A stretch of 64,000 bases of DNA from Antedon mediterranea (lineage: Eukaryota; Animalia; Echinodermata), in contig NC_092671.1 of assembly GCF_964355755.1 (NCBI RefSeq), forward strand, positions 6,820,001-6,884,000. Direction: 5' to 3'. The notes under the pieces were generated by a model. The model saw only the letters and a program-made list of their open reading frames with translations. It was not told where the DNA came from and searched no databases. A program made the position numbers and the translations under genes. Below are positions 22,361 through 33,606 of the stretch, one piece after another (within the stretch, counting starts at the first letter, position 1; the number at the start of each line of letters is the position of its first letter).

Positions 22361-24819
22361 ATGGCATCTAAATCAAGTTTGTTTGAAGATGCAGATAAAG
22401 ATTTCTTAACCTGCTCCATCTGTAAAGAAATCTTCAGTCATCCAAAGCAGCTGAAGTGTATGCACAACTTCTGTCAAGATTGCTTAGATCCTCTATTACA
22501 AGAGGGAACGCCATCCAAGATCAAGTGTCCTCTTTGTCGAGAAGAGGTTGAATTGGAGGTAAACACGGTTTCTGAGCTGGAAGATAATATTTTTCTGAGC
22601 AATTTATGTGACCTCTTTGTCGTTGCTAACATCAACAATGTTGATATCTTTTGCTCTTTTTGCTCTGAAGCATTGAGAGAAGAAAATGCCTCTCGGTGTA
22701 TCGATTGTTCTGATAACCTCTGTGATAAGTGTGCAAAAACCCACACGCTTACCCGCTTAACAAGAAATCACCAAGTCATATTAATGTCGGAGCTTGAGAC
22801 GGGAACCCTTGTGAAGAAAGCAAGAGAGGGAAACATCAAGACTCCGTGTCAGAAACATCCCAACAACCATTTGGAGTACTTCTGCCAAACCTGCCAAGTA
22901 CCTGTATGTCTTGGATGCACTGTTGTAGATCATGTGCGTCAGAGTGGTCATAACCTCTTGAACCTACAGGATCATTCAACCAGAGACGCATATAAGGAAA
23001 AGATAACTGAACAAATAACAAAAATGGAAAAACTGATGCCTTTATTTTAAAAAAACATTAAAATTGCAGATGAAACTGAAAGAAATCTCATTGAAAGTCT
23101 GCAAAAAACCAAAAAGGATATTCAAGAAACTGCAAAAGGGCTTATTGAAGAAATCAAGACGCATGCAAATTCACTGATTGAGAAAGTCAATGAAAAAGCT
23201 GAAGCTATCCATAAAAAAGTTGAACATCACAGAGAAGCTGCTGAAATCAGAGTCATGAGTGCCACTAGTCTCAACAAGTTTGCTACAAATCTCTACAAAC
23301 ATGGTTTAAATGCTGAAATAATGTTATCGGCAAAAGATCTTCTGAGAAGAATGAGTGAGTTACAACAAGAGATGAAGGATCTTGCAGAATCTGGAGAATT
23401 ACGATTTATTAAGGAAAAAGAGTTCAAATTAGGAAAAGTTGAAGAATGCATGATTCAGGTTGAGTATTGGAATCAATATCATATTTTGAAATTTGACGCA
23501 ACAACCTTTAATCCTACAAAATGCACTGAATCACTTAAATTACACCCCAACAATGAGTTTGTGTCATTTTATTTTACTAAGGAAGAGTGACATATTTGGG
23601 AATAATTAATATCAGAAGACAGTAACACTATTATGAATCAAACACAAATTTATCTTCATGAACCTGAATACCTGAATAAAAATTGCATTCAGTTATTTTA
23701 AAAATAATATATCCGCTAACTGGAACAATGTACAATGTGTTAAGTAATATGCAGACTTTCACTGGATTGTGTTATAATGTTTATATACTTAATTCTTTTC
23801 ATTCTTTTAGAATCGTGAGAAAAATATGTTGACAATGTATGCTAAAACTGACATGGCAGTTGGTTATTAAGTTAAAAGAGGTCCAAATTGGCCAGCAGGT
23901 TATGACAACTATGATAATAATGGACAATATCCACATAACACAATCCAGACAATTCAACGGAATGGTTGGAATGATATTCAAGTTCAAGTAAACTTTCCAA
24001 GCGTGGGTGTAAACCTTGATTGTAAAATGAATTCTGACGAATATTGGATACAGCCAACACAAATACATGGAAATTACCAGGTATTGTAAAATCATTATTA
24101 GTAGCAAAACCCTTTCAAAAACATTTGCCAAACATTAGGTGTACTTTGTTTTTTTTATGGTTTTTTTGCAAATAAGGTATACCTGCAACAGGTATTTTTC
24201 TAAATTTCTGAGCGATTAATTTGTTTTAAATTGGTTTGATCTCTAGAAAAGAACTTTATAAGCCTACATTGGAGAAGTCACTACCAGTGTAATCATCGTT
24301 ATTAAAATCAAGGCTTTGATAGCCACACGAAAAGACCTGATGATCAATATAGTCATTGAGTGTATGTCACACTTATAGCAATTGTGACAACTATTATTAA
24401 ATATTATAACAATATAATAACAGGAGTTGTGTTATAAAACAAATAGTTAATATTTGTAACTCAAACATTCATTATTTGTATTGTATTTTAGTCGTAAGTG
24501 GCGTCATTGTATTTCACTTTTCGTTGTAATCACATTTAGTTTGCTTTAGATTTGTCTAGATTACTATGTAAAGAATGTCATGGCGATTGGAGATGAGGTA
24601 AAAAGAGGACTACATTGGCCTACTTCATGGATGAACAAAGACGACAAGGGGCAGAAGTCTGGAAAAATCAAGGAAATCAACATAAATAATGGCAATGCAA
24701 CTGCAGTTGTTGAGTTTGGTCCACCGCCAAACGACGCCATACAATGCCCAATGTATCCTGGCGCTTATTATCTTTTGCCACTTTGACCATTTTCGATTAT
24801 AAAATGGGTCGAATTCTAG
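22361..24819 (+). pseudogene. TRIM paralogue A (RING-Bbox1-Bbox2-coiled coil-2x MIB/HERC2-like), disabled
   Basis: Exons 22361-23458, 23811-24080, 24550-24819 (phase 0). Three in-frame stops relative to paralogue B: TAA 23048-23050 (GAA in B), TAA 23868-23870 (CAA), TGA 24784-24786 (CGA). Confidence 0.88.
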
Positions 24820-26459
24820 CTCCAAAAGCATAAATATAATGAATGAGTTGTTATTATATGGATGACTCCAATTTTTGATTAACCATAAAAAAATAGACTG
24901 ACATTGTGACATAATAATAATATTATAGGTTAACTGTAAATGTAATATACTGTAAGCAAATAATAATCAAATGTTAAGTGTGGCGCGGTATTGGCGGACT
25001 AGCTATTTCATTTAAGGGTAGGAGGTATTATATTGAAATACGTAATCATCTCTCTTAATTTTTATTTAAATTATCTAAAAGTATGATAATTAACATTTAT
25101 AGTGGGATAGAGTGACTTTGCTTACTCCCTACTGAATGCATGTGATGGATGTTAGAGTATCATACTACAGTAATAAATATAAAAGTTTATATCTTTGTAA
25201 GATTCAACTTTTTGTAGGTTTTACATTACTGTGTAATTTATAGTTTACTGTACATAGCTTTAGGTCATTACTTAATTGTTGATACTATTAGGATTCACAC
25301 TTTCATTAATTCAAGCAATGTTCTTAAATTAAACAGTTAAGATTAGGTTAGAAATGTTTAAGTAGAGCAAATTGTAGTTAATTTACCCCCTCGTTAGAAG
25401 TAGTAATAATCCTTAACTGTTAAATTAGCACAGGGATATTTTAGATTCAATCTACCCTGAGTAGATTGCCAAGTTACAGAGGAAGTGATACTGTATATAT
25501 GAATAGCTTGTTTCTTGTACAATTGCTGAGTTTGATTTTAATTTGTTTTGCTTGATATAATAATACAGTAGTAGCACCAAGAAGGAAAAAATAAACGTTT
25601 TCTCTATTGTAGAACGTACAGAGCGTATATTTAAATCATCCTTATTTCTTTATTTTAAACCGAGTTGCATTTTGGGCTGGGGCATGTCCCTCTCACAGAA
25701 TTTCTCATTGTTATCGTTTATTATTATTTCCGCATCCCATATGTGCTAAGTGTACAGAAGATAGTGCTGTGCTGGAATTGCTATTTATTCAGACTTTTTA
25801 TAAAATATCTGCATAGAGTATCTCACAAAGACCGGGTGAAGAGATAGATATATTCGTCTGCTCGAAGTTCAATTATTTATATCTATTGAGCCTAACTTTT
25901 ATTGTTTAAATATTAACCAATACAATTTAAAAATAACAAGAGGTTATCCGCCAAGTGCGGATAACCAATTAACGCCTATGTAATCAGTATCATGTTTGTA
26001 TTAGTGATAAATGCTAAGAGTTTACAGTTTTGGTCTGATAAATAATCAGTTGGAAAATCCAAGTAGAAGAAGACGTACATACATCAATCAACTGCCTTAA
26101 TATTGGTGATCTTTATTTGGTATAATTATTTCTGTTTTCCATACCACACTTATACACAAAGTAAGTATGATAATTTCCTACCGTTTATTTGTATATATTC
26201 AATTTCTTGTTGATTTCTTTTTAAACTAGAAGGGCACTCAAAGAGCGCAAATATCCGTCTAGGCATATGGGAGTTGAATCACCTCTTCCCATACACCTAT
26301 GAAACCGTCATTTAAAATCTTTAATAACTATTTGAGAAATCCTGGTAACAAATATAGAAACCTCATAGCCTCTCGCTATTCTGGCGTAGGTAACAACGTA
26401 ACTCTTATTGTTTCATAAAGTTAGTATTGTCAATGCATTTTATAATATATATTTAATAG

Positions 26460-28744
26460 ATGGCGTCAGAATCGAGTTTATTTGAAGATGCAGATAAAGA
26501 TTTCTTAACTTGCTCCATCTGTAAAGAAATCTTCAACCACCCAAAGCAACTGAAGTGTATGCATAACTTCTGTCAAGATTGCTTAGATCCTCTATTACAA
26601 AAGGGAAAGCCATCCAAGATCAAGTGTCCTCTTTGTCGAGAAGAGGTTGAGTTGGAGGTAGACACCGTTTCGGAGCTGGAAGATAATATTTTTCTGAGTA
26701 ATTTATGTGACCTCTTTGTCGTTGCTAACATCAACACTGTTGATATATTGTGCTCTTTTTGCTCTGAAGCATTGAAAGAAGAAAATGCCTCTCGTTGTAT
26801 CGATTGTTCTGATAACCTCTGTGATAAGTGTAAGTCATTTTAATGTCGGAGCTTGAGACGGGAACCCTTGTGAAGAAAGCAAGAGAGAGAAACATCAAGA
26901 CTCCTTGTCAGAAACATCCCAACAACCATTTGGAGTACTTCTGCCAAACTTGCCAAGTACCTGTCTGTCTTGGATGCACTGTTGTAGATCATGTGCGTCA
27001 GAGTGGCCATAACCTCTTGAACCTACAGGATCATTCAACCAGAGACGAATTCAAGGAAAAGATAACTGAACAAATAACAAAAATGGAAAAACTGATGCCT
27101 TCATTTGAAAAAAACATCAAAATTGCAGATGACACCGAAAGAAATCTCATTGAAAGTCTTGAAAGAACCAAAAAGGATATTCAAGAAACTGCAAAAGGGC
27201 TTATTGAAGAAATCAAGACGCATGCAAATTCATTGATTGAGAAAGTCAATGAAAAAGCTGAAGCTATCCAGAAAAAAGTTGAACATCACAGAGAAGCTGC
27301 TGAAATCAGAGTTATGAGTGCCACTAGTCTTAACAGGTTTGCTACAAATCTCTGCAAACATGGTTTAAATGCTGAAATAATGTCATCGGCAAAAGATCTG
27401 CTGAGAAGAATGAGTGAATTACAACAAGAGATGAAGGATCTTGCAGAATCTGGAGAATTACGATTCATTAAGGAAAAAGAGTTCAAATTAGGAAAAGTTG
27501 AAGAATGCATGATTCAGGTTGAGTATTGAAATCAATATCATATTTTAAAATTTGACTCAACAACCTTTAATCCTATAAAATGCACTGAATCACTTAAATT
27601 AAACCCCCAAAAAGAGTTCGTGTCATTTTATTTTAATAGGAAAGAGTGAAATATTTGGGAATAATTAATATCAGACGACAGTAACAATTATGAGTCAAAC
27701 ACAAATTTATTTAGGTCTTCATGAACATGAACACCTGAATAAAAATTGCATTCAGTTATTAAAAAAAAAATGTATCCGCTAACTGGAACAATGCACAATG
27801 TGTTAAGTAATATGCAGACTTTCACTAAGTGGATTGTGTTATAATGTTTATACTTGTTTTCATTGTTTTAGAATCGTGAGGAAAAACACATGTTGACAAG
27901 ATATGCTGAAACTGACATGGCAGTTGGTCATCAAGTTAAAAGAGGTCCAAATTGGCCAGCAGGTTATGACAACTATGATAATAATGGACAGTATCCACAT
28001 AACACAATCCAGACAATTAAACGGAATGGTCCGAATGATATTCAAGTTCAAATAAACTTTCCAAACTGTCGTGCAAACCTTGATTGTAAAATGAATTCTG
28101 ACGACTATTGGATACAGCCAACACAACTATATGGAAATTATCAGGTACAATCTATAAAATCATTATTACTTGACAAAATACATATTTATATAATGGATTT
28201 GGTTGTTTGCAAGATTGTTTTGTAAAAAAAGGTCATTTAGTCAACTTTTATTTTTATTTTTTAAGATTTTGAAATGCCGGAGTAATATTAATTACAATTA
28301 TTATATACCGTAATTATAAATATTATTTATAGGCCTTATAAATGAATAATACCATTTTAGAAACTTCAATAAGTAGGTAATGATGATAATACAATAATTA
28401 TGTTAAAGTTATAAAAGAATGTGCTTGTATTACATTTCCATGATTATTTCATAAACATCTTATCATTTTTGTAGACATTTCTTCACTGCTATGTTAAGAA
28501 TATCATGGCGATTGGAGATGAGGTAAAGAGAGGAATGCATTGGCCTCCTTCGTGGATGAACCAAGACGACAAGGGGCAGAAGTCTGGAAAAATCAAGGAA
28601 ATCATCATAGATAATGGCAATGTAACTGCAGTTGTTGAGTTTGGCCCACCGCCAAACGACGCCATTCAATGTCCAATGTATAATGGCGCTTACTACCTTT
28701 TGCCCCTTCGACCATTTGCGATGTTAACATGGGTTGAATTCTAG
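26460..28744 (+). pseudogene. TRIM paralogue B, frameshifted
   Basis: Exons 26460-27517, 27872-28144, 28475-28744. A 40-bp deletion at ~26831 relative to A (loss of AKTHTLTRLTRNH, end of B-box 1) shifts the frame; otherwise open. Confidence 0.85.
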
Positions 28745-30084
28745 TCTCAAAATGTCATTTCAATTAAAAATTAAAATTCTACCTTTTGTCTCGCATGCTT
28801 CAGTTAAGGAAAAATAAATAAGTAAAAGCCATTAAGAGTGGAAGTTTGAGATTTCGGTAAAAACAATACATAAAAGTAAAATTAAAATTAAAAGTAAATT
28901 TCTGTAAAATCAAGACATTAAAGATCGAACCAGGTTAAGTTCACCAATTTTTGTTATAATGGCCCTGACCACCCAACAACAATTTCGTGCCCGCCACTGA
29001 AATCCACTGTTGTTTAGCTTTGTAAATTTAGCATTGTTGAATGTATCAAATTCATGATTCAGTGTGAAAGCTATGAAAATAGCCTTATGGAAATAATAAC
29101 AAAATAACATTGCGAATGGTTAGTATAGTGTAGTGTCTAATACCGGTAATTACATTTTAGTATCGCCATGTATTCATTTATTATAGGTAAGCATTTAAAG
29201 AAATATTTATTGTATATCATGTTTAAATGTTGTTTTAGTATTATAGTAGCGTGGTATAATGTGTTTCTAACTAGAAAATAGTAATTTGCAAAAATTACCT
29301 TATCGTTCATTTAGTATGTATAATGTTAATAAAGTACCGTTTATCACTATTGTACTATTACCACACATATTAGAAAACTTGATCGAGCTCTACACTTAAT
29401 TTTTCGAAATATAATCTAATATTTTTCCTTGAGCTTACAATCATATTATTCATCTAGTCTGTTTTATTACTTTATAGGTACAAAAAAGTCAAACAATGAG
29501 GTTAATTCCTTGATCAGTTTGTTTTTTCTTGTTCGTTACCTAATAGTAATACAGTAATAGTATACAGCGACGTTTATGGCGCGTCAAAATTTCATTTTAT
29601 TTCAAAATATTCCCAGTTTTTAAAACAAATATCGTAAAAGTTTATCAATTATAATGATTAGAGAGATATAGACCGGCAGCCCAGAGACATTTGGTTAGAT
29701 GAGCTAGGTACCAATATCTGACTATTTGAGTGTGTTGGGGGTCACTTGAAGTGAATGAAAATGGGAGTCTGCCGGGTACCCCCTGCTGCGTCTAGACCGG
29801 GGGGACCCCGAAACGTGCTAAAAAATCGGCACAGGTTAGATGAGAGAGATACCACCTAATTTTACCACCATGGGATGCCCATTGGCATCCTTATAACAGT
29901 ATCACAAACGACAGACTTTTTCTCTGCTGCAAAAGGCCCGCCAGACCCCCCGAGGGAGGGCCTAAAATGGGGTTAGCATAGATGAGTGAGGTACCACTCA
30001 AAATCAATTCCAAACGAACAAGTTGTGTTCATACAATACTAAATGGATAACAACAGACTAATTGTCTGCTGCACCGCAAGTGCC

Positions 30085-30635
30085 AGACACCCTAAAGTTA
30101 GACTAGAGGCCCCCCTTCCCCCAACTAACCCAGCTTAGATATTGTAGATACCACCAGCAACCAATGTTATATGATTTAGCACATTGTAAGCAATACCAAA
30201 TGACCTATTACAGACTATCTGAACACTGCCCTGGCCCTGGCAGACCCCTCTAAAGTTAGACTAGAGACCCCTCTTTCCCCAACTAGCCCAGCTTAGATAT
30301 TGTAGATACCACCAGCAACCAATGTTATATGATTTAGCACATTGTAAGCAATCACCAAATGACCTATTACAAACTATCTGTACACTGCCTTGACCCTGGC
30401 AGACCCCTCTAAAGTTCGACTAGAGACTCCATTCCCCCCAACTGGCCTAGCTTAGATATTGTTGATACCACCAGCAACCAATGTTATAATTATGATTTAG
30501 CACATTGTAAGCAATACAAAATGACCTATAACAGACTATCTGTACACTGCCTTGGCACTGGCAGACCCCTCTAAAGTTCCCCCATTTACCCCAAGTATAT
30601 AGCCTACCTTAGATATTGTAGATACCACCAGCAGC
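30085..30635. repeat. ~160-bp tandem repeat (~3.5 units) in the left arm; mirrored at ~34155-34700
   Basis: CTTAGATATTGT(A/T)GATACCACCAGCA recurs at ~30134, 30292, 30451, 30608. Confidence 0.85.
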
Positions 30636-31172
30636 AAAAAAATAACCACCCAAAACAACATGTTTAATTGAATAAAGTTTAACTTTAATCGAACTAACAC
30701 AAAACAATTGAAAATATATCACATCAATGACGATAAAATGACCATTACCATTCTAAAGGGGAAAATAGTTTAAGAGTTTCAATTAAAACTTATATATTAT
30801 AAGCCAAATATATATAACAAGTATGGATTCGGGTAAATTTAGCATTCCTTGCCTTTGGATGTCAAAGATACATCCGTCTGTAACTCTTGGACATATTTTG
30901 AGAGAAAGCTTAGTAATCACCCTAATCAAATTCAGGATTGTAGTAACTTAATCTTAAGTGATTTGATTAATTAATAGTGGGTAATTTTAAATGCTGTATA
31001 TTATAATCTTAATCCTGTATTCATATGTATATATATATATATATTTATAAATCCAAAGGCAAATTACTGAAAAAATGACAATGCTGTGGGTATCAGTGGC
31101 TGGATCTCAATGGAGATACAAAAAAAAAGCGAAAAGCTAAATCAAAACGATAAAGTAAACAGCCAGAAAAGT

Positions 31173-31213
31173 TAGCAGAGCTTTCGCGCAACACTAGCCC
31201 TTCATCAGTGCAA
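31173..31213 (-). ncRNA. Minimal type I hammerhead ribozyme motif (left arm)
   Basis: Minus strand reads TTGCA CTGATGA AGGGC TAGTGTT GCGC GAAA GC TC TGC: intact core, palindromic AGCT stem III, one mismatch in stem II. Confidence 0.7.
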
Positions 31214-31667
31214 GTCTTATATAGATGCGTTGAGGCTGCAAACGTGCTCAATTGGAATCAAGAGCGAATATATATTTTTATAAAGTAGATGGAACACGGA
31301 CGTCTATTACACGGTGTTTCACGTTAAACGATCTTCAGGTAGACTGAACAATACCGTATCTCGATCGAAAAAAATATTTAAAAAAAAATTATAAATATAT
31401 ATAATTTTTTTTTTATGTACTTTATTTATGTAGATATGTAGTACTGTATCTATTAAAAAAAGTATTTGAACAAAATTAGAGATCTCAATGAGATCCAAAT
31501 TGACAATTGCCGCAAAATCCTCACTGAGTTTGACGTTGAAATTCACTCTAGAACTAAGAAGTTGAAAAGAGAACTTCCTGCATCCTAGTTTCAAAACAAA
31601 TTCAGGATTATCGCCAATGACTGCCGTAAACAATCAACGGTAATGGCCCGAAGGGAACATCACAAAT

Positions 31668-33265
31668 TTGGTCTACCATGCAGACTTGGTCATTTCAACA
31701 CAAATGACTCTACCTTCGGATGACTTCAGGGCTTTTAGGAAACCCTGCAGAAGGTTCGTTTGGACATATAACAAGAATCAGAGCAACACCTCTGATTCAG
31801 TTGTTGAAATTAATTGTCGACTTTCCGAAGGAGAGAAAAAACTTCCTTCCCGAGGACTTAAATTCTGCCCAAAACCAAGGCAGGTCGGCGCACAACAACT
31901 ATCTTTGGATATAGAGTCTTTTTCTAGAAGATTACGATTACGTGATTATTTTGCTGATTAAGGCAGCAGCACCACGCAAAACGAAGGCAACGTTAACAAA
32001 TTTAAACCAAAAAGTTCCTGGAATCCACCTAAAAATCTTTGTCCAGCTTTAGAAACATTTTATCCAGGCTATTGAGGAGGATGTACAAAACTACGTCCCG
32101 AGTCCAGATAAACGTGACAATCTCAAAACAAGAGAGGCAGGCCATTGCCAAATTGCGTCAGCGTAATGATATCATCATTAAACCCGCTGATAAAGGTTCT
32201 GCCACTGTTGCTATGGACATCAAATTTTATTAAGAGGAATCCTTAAGACAGCTTCATTATATATCATAAACTCACAACGGAACCCACCCCGGAAATTGCG
32301 GATAAGGTGGCAAAATCTGTTTCTGTGATGGTAAAAAAAAACACTTCATCGATCCTAAGATTTACAGTTACCAAATCCACTAGTAGCGTTGATTTTGTGG
32401 ACACTATAGTGACCATAGAAAATGGTACTCTCAAAACTGACCTATTCCGTAAATCCACTGATAAAAATATGTACCTGCTCCCTAGCAGTTGTCATCCCCA
32501 ACATTGTACTAAAAACATACCGAACAGTAAAGCATTACCTATCAGACGTATCTGTTCTTCAGATTTAGATTTTCAGAATCGTACCGAAGAACTAACCGGA
32601 CATCTCCGGAGTAGAAATTACAAACCTATCAACCTAGGTTGCCTCCATTACGGGGCTATTCATTTATTGAGAAACATATGCCCATTCTAAAGTCCACAGA
32701 ACGTCTCAGGACTGTTTTTCCGGAACCACCCATTATTGCATTTCGTAGACCTCCCAACCTTCGTGATATATTAGTCAGATCCAAATGTAAGAGTGAAATT
32801 AACTCTCATGACAGTCAAAATTTGGGCAGTCACCTTTGCGGCAAATCTTGCAAAACTTGTTCATTGGTTGATTCTACTGAAAAATTTAAGAGTAACCAAA
32901 CTGGCCGCATTTTTCGGATAAGACAATCAATTAATTGTCTAACCAAAAACGTCATTTATCTCAATATTTGTGGCAAACAGTACGTCGGAGAAACAAAAAA
33001 CACTCTCCGTATGAGAATGACACAACACAGATCAGCTATCAACACATTAAAGCTTGTTCAACCTGTAGCCGAACATTTTAATTCATCTGGTCACTCGATA
33101 ACAAATTTCAGAGTTATTGCAATATTCCATGTGTCAAATGGAGCGACAAAACTTGCAAAGACAAGGAAAACCACTGGGAATTACAACTTAAAACCACAAA
33201 ACCTTTTGTACTTAACATTAGAAACATACTCCCAGGTTGGTAAAATTATTCTATTGTCTACCTAA
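31668..33265 (+). pseudogene. Degraded Penelope-like RT/GIY-YIG ORF with the RT core deleted
   Basis: Fragments RGLKFCP..FSRRLRLRDYF, IIIKPADKGSATVAMD, LFRKSTDKNMYL..SCHP..RICS, PPIIAFRRPPNLRDILV, CGKSCKTC, NVIY..CGKQYVGET..RMTQHRSAI; several frameshifts; no YxDD. Confidence 0.88.
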
Positions 33266-33299
33266 ATTTAAGTTTCAATATTAACCACCATTTAAGCTG

Positions 33300-33416
33300 T
33301 TTTTAATCGCGTGGACGCGACTCTATAGTTCACTATGTCGGCGGTCGGTCGGTCTGTCTGTCGGTCCGGTATCACTATGCGTTTTAGCACGCGACTTATG
33401 GCTGTTGGCCATGTTT
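33300..33416 (+). mobile_element. Short Helentron/DINE-1-like interspersed element
   Basis: T-rich ends, subterminal IR TCGCGTG / CACGCGA, internal (GGTC/TGTC)n, 3' GGC...GCC stem; related copy at 56347-56442 on the minus strand. Confidence 0.6.
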
Positions 33417-33564
33417 AGTTCCATTCCAAAATTGTTTATACTGTATCTCTACCAAGCTACCTTCTTTGTTTTCTACTTTTATTCAGACTCCACCCTGTCT
33501 CCTTTTGTTGTATTTCTTTTATTCCTGTCCACCCAGGCAGCACTTGCCAGCTCTTATCCTTCAC

Positions 33565-33606
33565 TTGCAATGATGAAGGGCTAGTGTTGCCCGAAAGCTC
33601 TGCTAA
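33565..33606 (+). ncRNA. Minimal type I hammerhead ribozyme motif (right arm), core C3 mutated
   Basis: TTGCA ATGATGA AGGGC TAGTGTT GCCC GAAA GC TC TGC; perfect stem II; sits 3' of the Penelope ORF as expected for a pLTR. Confidence 0.65.

Noticed and set aside
23459-23590. C-terminal tails of the ORF-track TRIM proteins (VEYWNQ..., VGIQFKAKVQA)
   Set aside because: Read-through into intron 1 past a conserved phase-0 donor.
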